Positions 49,678 through 59,847 of a DNA stretch of 64,000 bases are shown here, one piece after another. Under the pieces are notes generated by a model, which was not told the DNA's origin, did no database searches, and saw only the letters and a list, made by a program, of their open reading frames with translations. The translations under genes and the position numbers were made by a program. How positions within the stretch are numbered: position 1 is the stretch's first letter; each line of letters opens with the position of its first letter. This stretch comes from Trueperaceae bacterium (lineage in GTDB: Bacteria; Deinococcota; Deinococci; Deinococcales; Trueperaceae). Location of the stretch: contig CBDCDZ010000004.1 of NCBI GenBank assembly GCA_965215565.1, positions 2,400,001 through 2,464,000 on the forward strand, in the 5' to 3' direction.

Positions 49678-49693
49678 ATTAGTGGCGATGTGG

Positions 49694-50830
49694 TTACGCT
49701 GCGTTCGGCATCCGGTCGGCGACACGTTCGGGCAACAAGAGGTTGAGATACTCGTCGCAGATGGACTCTAGGGAGAAGTCCGCCGCCCTCGCTTTGAGTT
49801 CGGCGCTGGGAACGCTGCTCTCCAACGTACGCGAGATGGCCGCCGCGAGCCCCTGCACGTCGCCCACTTCGACGAGCGGACCGTATCTGCCGCCCTCTAA
49901 AATCTCCCTCGGACCGCTCGGGCAATCCGTACTCACCACCGGGCAGCCGCACGCCATCGCCTGGATGAGCACGCCGGGCAGCCCCTCCCACTTCGAGGCG
50001 AGCACGAAGAGAGAGGCCCGCGACATGTACATGAAAGGGTTGTCGACGAAGCCGGGCAGCGAGACGTCCTCCTCTACGCCCAATTCGGCGATGAGCGCTT
50101 CCAGCTCGGCGCGCTGCTGACCTTCGCCTAAGATCATCAGCTTGACGGGGCGCTCGGCCCTTACTTGGGCAAAGGCGCGGATCATATTTGGGTAGTCCTT
50201 CTGCCCCGTGAACCGCCCCGCAGCGAGCAGGACGGGGGGACCGCCGCCATCAAACCAAGGATGCGCGAGGGGCGCTCGCGCCTGGCGCTTCAACTCGTCG
50301 GTCACGACAGGGTTGTAGATGGCGTGGATTTTTTCCGGCGGCGCGCCTGTAAAGCGCCCTATATCGTCCGCCACCCCTTTGGATACGCCGATGAGACCTG
50401 TGGCTCGGGGGAAGAGGTGTCTCACCGCCGCGCGTAGCAGCTTGACTCTGGGACTATTAACCGTTCCCTGAAACATCATGTTGGACACGCGCGCGAAGAC
50501 GCGCGTGTCCGTACCCGCGAGCCGCGCCGCCAAAATAGCCGCCACCGCCGCGTGGTTGAGCGTGACGAGGAGCGTCCTAGGCTTCGCCTTGCGCAAGTAG
50601 CGCACGAGTTTGGGCAGGCTGCTCATCACGCCGCCACTCCCAAGGTCGATCACGTTGACTCCAGGGGGTACGTGCGAGAGGTAGGGTCCCTTCGCCTCGG
50701 CGAGCACCAGATCAACCGCTACGCCGCGCTTCGTGAAACCCTCGCTCAAGTTGACCATCATCCGCTCCGCGCCGCCGCCCTTGAGGTTCGGGATGTAGAG
50801 GGTGATATCCGTAGCGCGGGACCTGCTCAT
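49694..50830 (-). CDS. GT4 family glycosyltransferase
   Basis: GGGAER, IYNPV, GRFTGQKD and EGLPGVLIQAMACG. Confidence 0.92.
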   Translation of the reverse strand: MSRSRATDITLYIPNLKGGGAERMMVNLSEGFTKRGVAVDLVLAEAKGPYLSHVPPGVNVIDLGSGGVMSSLPKLVRYLRKAKPRTLLVTLNHAAVAAILAARLAGTDTRVFARVSNMMFQGTVNSPRVKLLRAAVRHLFPRATGLIGVSKGVADDIGRFTGAPPEKIHAIYNPVVTDELKRQARAPLAHPWFDGGGPPVLLAAGRFTGQKDYPNMIRAFAQVRAERPVKLMILGEGQQRAELEALIAELGVEEDVSLPGFVDNPFMYMSRASLFVLASKWEGLPGVLIQAMACGCPVVSTDCPSGPREILEGGRYGPLVEVGDVQGLAAAISRTLESSVPSAELKARAADFSLESICDEYLNLLLPERVADRMPNAA

Positions 50831-52770
50831 CGGCGCTGCTCCTCGAGCCACGCCTGCAGCATGAGCGTGGTCCAGATAGGTGACTGACCCTGCGCGAAGT
50901 TGCCCGCCAGAAAGTCCTCCCACTGCCGCCGCACGCGCCCGACCTCGAGCAGCCCCTCGCGCTCCAACCTCTCCTCGCTGAGCAGGTCCTCCGCCCAGTC
51001 GCGCAGCGGTCCGCGCATCCACCTACCGACAGGCACGCTAAAGCCCTTTTTCGGTCGCTCGACTAAGGCTTCGGGCACGTAGCGGTAGAGCACCTCTCGG
51101 AGGAGCCGCTTTCCCTTGCCACCTCTGAAGTTCAGCGCTAAGGGAAAGCGCCAGGCGAGTTCCGCGACGCGGTGGTCCAAGATGGGCACGCGCGCCTCTA
51201 AGCTGACGCCCATGCTCGCCCTGTCGAGCTTGACGAGGATGTCGTCGGGCATGAACGTCGTCATGTCCCAGTACATGAGGCTCTGCACGTGCTCGGGGAA
51301 CGCGGTCCAGTTGGGGCGGTCCGCCCGGTAGGTCTCGTCCGCTGCAGCGCTCAGCAGCATCTGATGGGCGTCTAAGCGGGTGAGGCGTTTGTTGTGCAGT
51401 TCGCGCTGGCTCTCGAGCCTCAAGTAGTCCGCCATGCGCTCCAAGCGCTCGGCGTTGGCGTACTGCTGCAGCGCGCCGGGTAGCGCCTTGCCTAAACTGT
51501 CGAGGTGGCGCTGCGGCGTCTCGGCGGTCTTCGCCAGCACCTGCGCAGCGGGCGCGCGTAGCGCGTAGGGAACGCGCGCCAAGGTCCGCCAGCGCGCCTC
51601 GTCCTGCTGGTAGCTCGTGTAGCCCGCAAAAAGCTCGTCGCCGCCGTCACCCGAGAGGCTGACCGTCACCTGCTTGCGCGCCAACTCCGAGATGAGAAAG
51701 GTGGGAATCTGCGACTCGTCGGCGTAGGGCTCGTCGTAGAGGCGGGGCAGCTTGGGCACCACCGCCAAGGCGTCCTCGGCGGTGACGTAGAGTTCGGTGT
51801 GGTCCGTGCCCAGATGCTCCGCCACCGCCTTCGCGTGGTGCGCTTCGTTAAAGCCCTCCTCGTGAAACCCTACCGTAAAGGTCTTGACGGGGCGCGCGCT
51901 CCGCGCCTGCATCAGCGCAACCACTGTAGAGGAGTCGATACCGCCCGAAAGAAACGCGCCTAAGGGAACGTCCGCCACCATGCGGCACGCCACCGCCTCG
52001 CTGAGTACCCCGTGCAGGGCGTCGGCGGCGTCCGCCGCGTCACCCTCAAAGGGGCAGCGCAGACCCGCTTGCGCCACCTCATAAGCGGACCAGTAGACCT
52101 GGGGCTCAGGGCGCTCGAGTGGATGACGCAGCTTAATAAGCGCGCCCGGCGGCAGCTTGTAGATACCTTCAAAGATGCTCTCGGGGCTCGGCACGTAGCC
52201 GTAGCGCAAGTAGGTGCCTAGCGCCCGCTGGTTGAGGCGTCCCTCAAAGTCGGGATGCTGCTTCAAGGCGTGCAGCTCGGAACCGAACAGAAACGTCGCC
52301 CCGTTCCAGCCGTAGTAGAGCGGCTTGATGCCCAGCCGGTCACGCACCAAGTAAAGCGCGTCCTCCGCGCGGTCCCAGAGCGCGAAGGCGAACATGCCGA
52401 CGAAACGTTTCACCGCCGCCTCGACGCCCCACGCCTCGAAAGCGGCGAGCATCACCTCCGTGTCGGAGTGACCCCGCCACGTTGCAGAGCCCTCACGCTC
52501 TAGCTCGGCGCGCATCTCCCCAAAGTTGTACACTTCGCCGTTATAAACGAGCGTGTAGCGCCCGCTCGCTGAGCACATCGGCTGATGACCTTCGGGCGAG
52601 AGGTCGATGATGGAGAGTCGCCTGTGACCGAGGGCGAGCCCGCGCTCTTCGTCGAGCCAGTGCCCCTGATCGTCGGGGCCCCGGTAGCGAATCGCGTCCG
52701 TCATCTTCCGAACGCTCTGCGCCAGATTGCCCCCGTCTCGTTTTGTCCAGAATCCTGTTAATCCGCACAT
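50827..52770 (-). CDS. asnB: Asparagine synthase (glutamine-hydrolysing) family amidotransferase
   Basis: MCG N-terminus, RGPD, HRRLSIID, LSGGIDS, SGDGGDE and KLDRASM. Confidence 0.95.
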   Translation of the reverse strand: MCGLTGFWTKRDGGNLAQSVRKMTDAIRYRGPDDQGHWLDEERGLALGHRRLSIIDLSPEGHQPMCSASGRYTLVYNGEVYNFGEMRAELEREGSATWRGHSDTEVMLAAFEAWGVEAAVKRFVGMFAFALWDRAEDALYLVRDRLGIKPLYYGWNGATFLFGSELHALKQHPDFEGRLNQRALGTYLRYGYVPSPESIFEGIYKLPPGALIKLRHPLERPEPQVYWSAYEVAQAGLRCPFEGDAADAADALHGVLSEAVACRMVADVPLGAFLSGGIDSSTVVALMQARSARPVKTFTVGFHEEGFNEAHHAKAVAEHLGTDHTELYVTAEDALAVVPKLPRLYDEPYADESQIPTFLISELARKQVTVSLSGDGGDELFAGYTSYQQDEARWRTLARVPYALRAPAAQVLAKTAETPQRHLDSLGKALPGALQQYANAERLERMADYLRLESQRELHNKRLTRLDAHQMLLSAAADETYRADRPNWTAFPEHVQSLMYWDMTTFMPDDILVKLDRASMGVSLEARVPILDHRVAELAWRFPLALNFRGGKGKRLLREVLYRYVPEALVERPKKGFSVPVGRWMRGPLRDWAEDLLSEERLEREGLLEVGRVRRQWEDFLAGNFAQGQSPIWTTLMLQAWLEEQRR

Positions 52771-52912
52771 GATGCCCTTTCAAGGAACGTGGCGCTCAGG
52801 GTGAAATAGAGCGAGCAACCCAGTATAGCGGGGCGTGAAACCCGCCCCACGTTTGATTTCACACTCTTCCCTATCCCTACCTACGCTTTTAGCTGATCGC
52901 GCCTCGAGCTGA

Positions 52913-54139
52913 TCACGCCTCTAACTGAGGCTGAGCCGGAACGCTGCGCCGCCGCGCCGGGCTCACACTGCTAGGTAGAACGATGTAGGCGCGGTGCGTG
53001 GTGAAGAGCGTCAGCAAAAACCACGGCACCTTGTAAGTCTGCAAACTGCCCGGTATAAAGGCGACGAGTATCGCAAACCACAGCACGAAGTAAAACGTCC
53101 GGTCTATAAAAGGTAGCTTGAACAGGGGCAACACCGGCACGATAAGGAGCAGCCCGAAGAGGACGAAGCCGACGAGCCCTAGCTCGGTGAGTACCGCGAA
53201 GTAAGCGCTGTGCGAAGCGCCTCCAAAGCCGCGCACTCGCTCCACAGCGTCGCTATAGCCGCCCGCCCCGACGCCGGTAAAGGGCGACTCCCAGAAGGCG
53301 ACGAAGCCAGCCTCCCAAATCTGCGCGCGGTTACTCACGTTGCCCTCGGTGATCTCCTGTCCCGTTTCGGACAGACGCTCGAGGTTGGTCTGGGGTATCG
53401 CGCTGATACCCACCACCGACGCCACGACGATAAGGAGCGTGAGAACCACGCGGCGTGTCACGCTCAAGGAGCCGTAGCTGAGCGGGATAAGGGTGAGCGC
53501 CACGACCGCACACAACATGCCCCCCCTCGAGGCGATCAGCCCAATTGCCATGAGAGAGAGCGGCAGATAGGCGACGAAGAACCAGTGCCGCAGCCCACGC
53601 CGGTAGTTCATCGCGAGATACCAACTCATCGCGATGCCGAGCGCGATAAGCGTCGCGACGGAGTTCGGATTGTCGTTGATGCCCGTGTAGCGGTAAAGAT
53701 TTTGATCCTGCGTAGGGACGAAGGGGTTCGCGACGAAGTTATAGATGATCATAGCGATCACGATGTAAGAGCCCCACACGTAAGCCTGCAAGAGCGACAG
53801 ACGCCGCCCATGCGTGCGGCATAACTCCCAGATGAGCCACATCATAACTAAAAACTGCAAAAAGCTCTGAAAACGTATCTGCGCACTGTCAGGGTTAATA
53901 GCCCAAAAGAAGCTGAGCCCTAACCAGAACACGAAAAACGCGAACAAGATTAGAAAGAGCGACGGCACGCGCGCCTTGAGCTTGCCCCCCTGAAAGACAG
54001 CGGCAGCGCCAGCCGCAAACGCGACGAGCCCAAAGATCGTGCCCACGCCCCCAAAGCCAGGGACAGCGACGGCTCTCTCCCAAGGCATCGAGAAGATGAA
54101 GAGCCAGAGGGCGATAAAAGCAATACGGTTGATGGACAT
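52913..54139 (-). CDS. O-antigen ligase/Wzy_C family membrane protein
   Basis: NPN, ASRGG, SNRAQIW, PFTGVGAG and SHSAYFAVLTELGLVG. Confidence 0.88.
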   Translation of the reverse strand: MSINRIAFIALWLFIFSMPWERAVAVPGFGGVGTIFGLVAFAAGAAAVFQGGKLKARVPSLFLILFAFFVFWLGLSFFWAINPDSAQIRFQSFLQFLVMMWLIWELCRTHGRRLSLLQAYVWGSYIVIAMIIYNFVANPFVPTQDQNLYRYTGINDNPNSVATLIALGIAMSWYLAMNYRRGLRHWFFVAYLPLSLMAIGLIASRGGMLCAVVALTLIPLSYGSLSVTRRVVLTLLIVVASVVGISAIPQTNLERLSETGQEITEGNVSNRAQIWEAGFVAFWESPFTGVGAGGYSDAVERVRGFGGASHSAYFAVLTELGLVGFVLFGLLLIVPVLPLFKLPFIDRTFYFVLWFAILVAFIPGSLQTYKVPWFLLTLFTTHRAYIVLPSSVSPARRRSVPAQPQLEA

Positions 54140-54314
54140 GGTGCTCCCTATAAGATGCGCTCAAAGCAGGTGTAGTCGTTCTAAGCAGGCGGAACAGACG
54201 CCCGCGTTCATTACTATAGCGGTTTCGCTCTAAAAGGGGTGTGTCATCTGCATGTTTAGTGGCTTTTCAAATATGTCTCTACTGCAATACAAGCACCTGC
54301 GCAGCTTGTTGAAC

Positions 54315-54341
54315 AAAAAAAGAAGACCCCGAAGGGTCTTC
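54315..54341 (-). terminator. Intrinsic terminator after the surface lipoprotein
   Basis: gaagaccc-cgaa-gggtcttc with an A-run (U-tract on the minus strand). Confidence 0.75.
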
Positions 54342-54362
54342 CTAAAAGTTGCAAATGTACGT

Positions 54363-55943
54363 TTAGTTAGCAGGTGCTGCCGTGGTCGCACTCGTGTTGA
54401 CGTAGCCACGTGGCACATTGAGCTGAGTACCGTTGATGTTGGCCTTCAAGACGTACGCAAACTCAGTTTGCCGATCTTGATTGAGATTGCTTTCGTCAGC
54501 ATTCTCCGTGACAGTAATTTGGTAAACGCAAGTAACGGTAGTCGGGGCGGTAGAAAGGTCACTACACGCTGCGTCCGAGCCTTCAGCAAGGCCTACCAAT
54601 GTGAACCCCCCGGCACTGGGGTTACCGCTGGTCAGCACTTCTATACGGTTGCCGTTGGTATCAGGGTTGTCAAGGTTGACGATCTCAATGCCGATAGAAG
54701 TCACGCCACCGGCGTCTGAAGCCACGACCTGCGCGTAGATATCGCCCGGGGGCGTAACTTGCACGACGTTGGAATCAGATTCGCTCTCAATGCTTCCTTC
54801 GCTATCATTGAGGAAGTCACCATCAGCAGAGTTAGCTACACCGAAGGAGCTTTCACCCGTTGGCGTTTCGCCGCCGTTGCCATTATCTGGCTCACCAGTG
54901 ACTTCAATCGTCACTTCTTCACTCGTAGCGGTAACGGTGTCGTCATCGTCACTCGTCACAGTTGCTGTTGCGGTGTACGTACCAGCAGCGCTAGGCGTGA
55001 AAACTGCTGTGTTACCCGTTGCGACAACTTCGCCATCAGCAACTGGATCAGGGTCTTCTCCCTCATCGTCACCATCTGGTGTAGTAACGGTGAAGTCGTA
55101 CGTTACGTCACCCTCACCGAAGTTCGAGGCGAGCGCCGTTAAATCAACAGTAGCAGCGTCTTCACCATCGGCTGCAAGCGCGACAGAGGTGGGGTCAGCG
55201 ATCAAGGTTACTGAGGGATCAGCGGTAACAGCTTGACCATTCTCTACGACGGTAACCGTTACAGCGTCGCTGTCAGCAGTCACGGAGTCGTCGTCATCAC
55301 TTGTGGCAGTCGCAGTGATGACGTAGTCGCCCGCCACATCCGGCGTGAGCGTCGCGGTGTTATCCGTTGCAGTGAGTTCGGTGACCGTGCTATCCGTTGG
55401 CGCAGAGGTCACAGCAAAGCTATAGGTTACGTCGCCGCTAGCACCCGAAGCGAGAGCGGTCAGCGTTACGGTTGCAGCGTCTTCGTTCTCGGCTGCGAGC
55501 GCAACAGAGGTAGGGTCCGCAACAAGCGTGACTGAACCGATAGTCGGTGTTTCCGGCTCTTCTCCTTCATTGACGGTGATAGATACAGCGTCGCTCGTAT
55601 CACTTTGGGCACCACTCGTAGCAGTGACGGTAGCGCTGTACGTGCCAGCGGTGCCAGGCGTGAACGTGGCCGTATCGTCGGCTTCAACAAGCTCAGCCAC
55701 AGCAACGTCGGCTCCGCTCGCGTCAGTTACGGCGAAGTCGTAAGTCACATCGCCATCAAAGTCTTCGCTGGTGGCAGTTAAAGTAACAGCGGTTCCTACA
55801 TCTACCGTTGTTGGGCTAGCGCTCAGCGAAGCGGTAGGCGTATCGGTACCGTTTTCGTCCTCCACCGCCGGACACGCTGTAAGCGCGAAGACTAGCAGGA
55901 GCGGAACGAACCGCACCCAAGTTTTGTTGAACATCTGTTGCAT
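54363..55943 (-). CDS. Acidic Thr-rich surface lipoprotein with three Ig/PKD-like repeats and a two-Cys C-terminal domain
   Basis: Lipobox ALTAC; SVTL.ADPTSVALAA...GDVTY.F.VT twice plus one more divergent repeat; SD ggagg. Confidence 0.85.
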   Translation of the reverse strand: MQQMFNKTWVRFVPLLLVFALTACPAVEDENGTDTPTASLSASPTTVDVGTAVTLTATSEDFDGDVTYDFAVTDASGADVAVAELVEADDTATFTPGTAGTYSATVTATSGAQSDTSDAVSITVNEGEEPETPTIGSVTLVADPTSVALAAENEDAATVTLTALASGASGDVTYSFAVTSAPTDSTVTELTATDNTATLTPDVAGDYVITATATSDDDDSVTADSDAVTVTVVENGQAVTADPSVTLIADPTSVALAADGEDAATVDLTALASNFGEGDVTYDFTVTTPDGDDEGEDPDPVADGEVVATGNTAVFTPSAAGTYTATATVTSDDDDTVTATSEEVTIEVTGEPDNGNGGETPTGESSFGVANSADGDFLNDSEGSIESESDSNVVQVTPPGDIYAQVVASDAGGVTSIGIEIVNLDNPDTNGNRIEVLTSGNPSAGGFTLVGLAEGSDAACSDLSTAPTTVTCVYQITVTENADESNLNQDRQTEFAYVLKANINGTQLNVPRGYVNTSATTAAPAN

Positions 55944-56432
55944 GTATTTCCTCCATCTCTATTTATCTCTTTAAGAATCTTCACCTGAAAAGGTACAATT
56001 CACAAAGAGCCCAGACACTTATAACACAAGGTTTTTAGCTTGGCTACACCCTTATGTACTATTTCACACCCCAAAAACGCTCTTAGCGCCGTCTATTGAG
56101 CAAGTTCACCTCCTTTTCAGGCAAAAGTGAGATTTTTAACACTGGGCGTTTTTGCGCGTTTTCACTCTCGAGTCCACTCACGCTACTTCCGCTCCGGCTC
56201 GAGGCTCCTCGCAACGTGAAAATCCTCAGACAAAATAGAGTCGAAACCGCACTACCCGGACTTGTGTGAGCTAATTATGAAGTCGCGAGGTGAGGTGTTT
56301 GTGAGGTATCTCGCTTCATGAAGGTCCGAGATTGGTTACACCTTGAAATGTGTGACCTAAAACGTGCGGTGTAAGCTTCTACACAAAGGCAAGTAGCAGG
56401 ACAACTCGAGACTGCATAAGGGAGAGGTGAGG

Positions 56433-57224
56433 ATGAAAAACGCGGCTTTGTTGACAGTGGCTCTTTTGTTGGCGGCTTGTGCGCCTAGCGCGAGGGATTC
56501 GGGCATGGCGGGCGAGGTCAGAACCGAGTCAGAGGATATGGCGAGTAGCGACACGGATATGGACATGTCGAGCGGTATGACGGGCGGCGAAATGGACATG
56601 TCGTCGGATATGGAGATGGCGACGGGCGGCGCGACGGGTGGTGACATGGGGATGGACATGTCGGATATGGACATGGACACAGGCGGTATGACCGGCGGCG
56701 CAGGCATGTCAGATATGGGTGACATGTCGGATATGGGTGACATGTCGGATATGGGTGACGCGCAGACCGGAGTGGCGGGTGACGCGGAAGCGCCGACGGG
56801 AACGCTGGAGGTGGCGGCGAGCCCGGCGGGTCCTTTCTACAACGATAGACCGGGCGGCATCTCGGACATGAGCGACGAGCGCGTGGTGCGCGTGCTGCCG
56901 GGCGGCTCAGTTTTCTTCCGGGTGAATTACAGCGATCCGAGCGGCATCTCACGCGTAAACATCTCCCTTAGAAACTCCGCCGAGCAGGGCGAGCTGCCGA
57001 CGGAATCGTTCACCATCGACGAAGCGGCTTCTACGTCCACGTGTGACGATCAACTCGCCACCACGCCCACCGAACTCAACTGCACGATCAAGGTGGACGT
57101 CGCACCGGGCGCGCAGAACATCAGCGAGGGCGGCGAGTTCGCCTACGTCTTCCGCGCGAGAGTAGGGGACGCGGCGGGCAACGTCGAGGTGGACAACGAC
57201 CGGGGTTACGTGAGCATCCGCTAA
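56433..57224 (+). CDS. Met/Asp-rich lipoprotein with a C-terminal domain paralogous to the divergent neighbour
   Basis: Lipobox LLAAC; about 21 Met in an ~85-aa linker; EFAYV...RGYV end. Confidence 0.85.
   Translation: MKNAALLTVALLLAACAPSARDSGMAGEVRTESEDMASSDTDMDMSSGMTGGEMDMSSDMEMATGGATGGDMGMDMSDMDMDTGGMTGGAGMSDMGDMSDMGDMSDMGDAQTGVAGDAEAPTGTLEVAASPAGPFYNDRPGGISDMSDERVVRVLPGGSVFFRVNYSDPSGISRVNISLRNSAEQGELPTESFTIDEAASTSTCDDQLATTPTELNCTIKVDVAPGAQNISEGGEFAYVFRARVGDAAGNVEVDNDRGYVSIR
56703..56759 (+). repeat. 18-bp tandem repeat, 3 copies, encoding (G/D)MSDMG
   Basis: gacatgtcggatatgggt units. Confidence 0.85.
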
Positions 57225-57273
57225 GGTAGTAGCAGCACCAGGTTAATAACGTCACAAAGTTAGTAGCATCACT

Positions 57274-57330
57274 GGGGCGTCCCTTTCGTTAAGATTCGCT
57301 TAACTTTATGAAAGGGACGCCTTGTTTTTT
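57274..57330 (+). terminator. Probable terminator hairpin
   Basis: ggcgtccctttc...gaaagggacgcc followed by a T-run. Confidence 0.6.
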
Positions 57331-57453
57331 AGGTTATAGCGAGGCTGTGGCGGGGCTGTGGTGCGCTGGGGCGCTGCACTCGGTGGTGCCCGCGGCCCAA
57401 CCCCGTGGACGGGTGCACTTCACTTGCTCGAGCGAAAGGTGCTATAACCGTCA

Positions 57454-59248
57454 GGTGACAGAGGTTACGACATCCACCACAGCCGAATCCGCAGGGGCCG
57501 AGAATTCAGCAATCAGTTCAGGCGAACCCTGGCGCAACGTTTGGACAAAGCCGCTGTGGTCGGGCTGCTTCGCGCTCTTATCCCTCTTGTCCCTCGCGTT
57601 CATCTGGCTCTTCCCCTATGTGCCGACGCAAGACGGTCCTGCGCACCTAGACGCGGCGGCGACGCTCTTGCGGCTCTCCGAGGGGAGTTTTCAGAGCCGC
57701 TTTTTCGAGGCGCAGTGGCAGCTCGCGACGAATCAGCTCTATCACGGGCTGCTCGTCTCGCTAGGGTCACTGTTTCCCTTGCTCGTCGCTGAGAAACTCC
57801 TGCTGAGCGTTTACGCGCTCGCGGTGCCCGCTTCGGCGCTCTTCGCGATGCGCGGTCTCAGAGGTTCGTCGCCGCTGGCTATCTTTCTCATCTTTCCCGC
57901 TATCTATTCCTACGTCTTTTATTTGGGGTTTTACAACTTCTGCTTAGGGCTCGTCTTCTTTCTACTCACACTAGGCGTATTTTTCAGACTCGTGGACGCT
58001 GAGACGCTGCGAAGAAGCGCCCTGCTCACGGCGCTGCTCGCGCTCAGCCTCGCGCTCTGCTACGCCGCGCACATCGTCGCGGCGGCGAACGCGCTTTTGG
58101 CGCTCGGGGTGATGACACTCGTCGCGCTGCTGAGAAGGCGGACGCACGCGCCGCGCCACGCGCTCCTCGTCGCTTTAGCCGCGCTGCCCACTGTTGGGTT
58201 CGTCGGCACTTTCTTCTTGACGCAGCCCTCTAGCGCAGAGGAAGGCGCGACGAACTTCTTGAGCGTACCGGACCTCATCGCCGCATTTTTCTTTCACATT
58301 CCGAATCTACCCTACAAGGTCTACAGCCCGCTCATCGTCCACTCGTGGCTCGACGCGCTCTTTAGCGCGCCGTGGCACCTGCTGCTCGTGGCGCTTTTGG
58401 GGTTGGCGATTCGCCAAAGCGTACGCGAACGCAGCGCGGCGCGCCCCGACCTCTTGGCGGCGCTCGCGGTGTTTCTCTTCGTCATCCTCTGGACGCCCAA
58501 CCGTCTGGGCGAGATCGGCTTTCTCACTGACCGTTTTTTGCCCTACGGCTACGCGCTCCTCACGCTGTGGCTTTCGGCTGTGCGCTTTGCGCCGCGCGTT
58601 TGGCGCAGGGCGGCGCTCGCGGGCACGCTCTGCGCAGGGGCGCTCTTCGTGTACCGCTTGCCCCTTCACGCGATGCTGAACGCCAACTTGCGTGAATTCG
58701 TCTCGGCGGAAGAGGTCATTAAGGATAACAGCGCGGTACTGCCGCTCATCTTGGTCAAGGACGACAACGCTCATCCGCCGGCGGGCTTTGTCCTGCCCAA
58801 CATGCGCTACAGCGAGACGCTGCACGCGGTGGGCTACCTCGCGCTGGGGCGCTCCATCGTCACTTTGAACGACTATCAGGCGTCGAAGGGCTACTTTCCG
58901 CTGCGCTACAAGGAGGCGGCGAGCCCGGTTGAATATCTTACGGAGGGTGAGTTTGCGGCGCTCGAGCGCCCCCCCTTCGCCTTCGACTTGCGCGCCTACC
59001 GAGAAGAGACCGGTCAAGCGGTAGATTACCTGCTCCTCTGGGGCGATTTAGATGAGGTCAGGGCGCGCCCGGACGTTCAGGACATCTTGGCGCAACTCGG
59101 CGACTACACGCTCGTCCACACCTCCGAGCCGCGCAACCTCATGCGCGTCTATGCGCGGCAACCGTTGGCGTCGGGCGCAAGGCGCAGGGTAGAGCCCTTA
59201 GAGGAGCGTATGGCAGGGCGTTTGGTGGGGCGTTCAGAGGAGCAGTAG
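57454..59248 (+). CDS. Polytopic membrane protein, GT-C-like (uncharacterised)
   Basis: First TM followed by PTQDGPAH loop, many TMs, GFYNF, TDRF and a soluble C-terminal domain; start uncertain (GTG 57454 vs ORF-track 57308). Confidence 0.6.
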
Positions 59249-59838
59249 TGACGCCACTCGGACACCTCGCAGTCGCTTACAGCCTCGGTAGGGGTATCGG
59301 CAAGGGCGTCGCTAACGCTTCTGCCCGGTCTTCTACTAGTATGTCTTCCGCCGCGTCCACCGCGCTGCTCGCAACGGTCATAGGTGGACTCGCGCCGGAC
59401 GTCGATTTCTTGCTCATCGGCGTCGGCAGCTTCAACACCTTGCACCGTTCGCTCACCCACAACCTCTTCTTTGTACTCACAGTCGCCGCGTTTTGCGCAT
59501 TCTTGGCTTTTAGAGTACACTCAAAACGCGGTGTCTGGCGGAGCGCATTTTTAGGCGCTGTGACGGGTGGGCTCAGTCACCTTTTTGTAGACGCTATCCT
59601 TGACAGTAATGCGAGTAACGGCGTGGGCGTTGCGGCGCTCTGGCCTCTGAGTGGGTGGTTCTTTTCGCCCTTTAACCTGGCGTCTCAGCGTTGCCCGAGT
59701 TGGGAGGAACCGTTTACAGCCATTTTCTGTAACTTGCCGCTTATCCTCTGGGAGGTGCCCTTTTACCTCCTCGCCGCGCTCCTCTGGTGGCGCACCGCTC
59801 AACGTCGTCGCATATCTACGGGTTCAGAAACTGACTAA
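59248..59838 (+). CDS. Membrane-bound metal-dependent hydrolase (YdjM-like)
   Basis: PLGH, APDVD, HRSLTH, SHLFVD and LWPLS. Confidence 0.88.
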   Translation: MTPLGHLAVAYSLGRGIGKGVANASARSSTSMSSAASTALLATVIGGLAPDVDFLLIGVGSFNTLHRSLTHNLFFVLTVAAFCAFLAFRVHSKRGVWRSAFLGAVTGGLSHLFVDAILDSNASNGVGVAALWPLSGWFFSPFNLASQRCPSWEEPFTAIFCNLPLILWEVPFYLLAALLWWRTAQRRRISTGSETD

Positions 59839-59847
59839 GGAAAAGGT

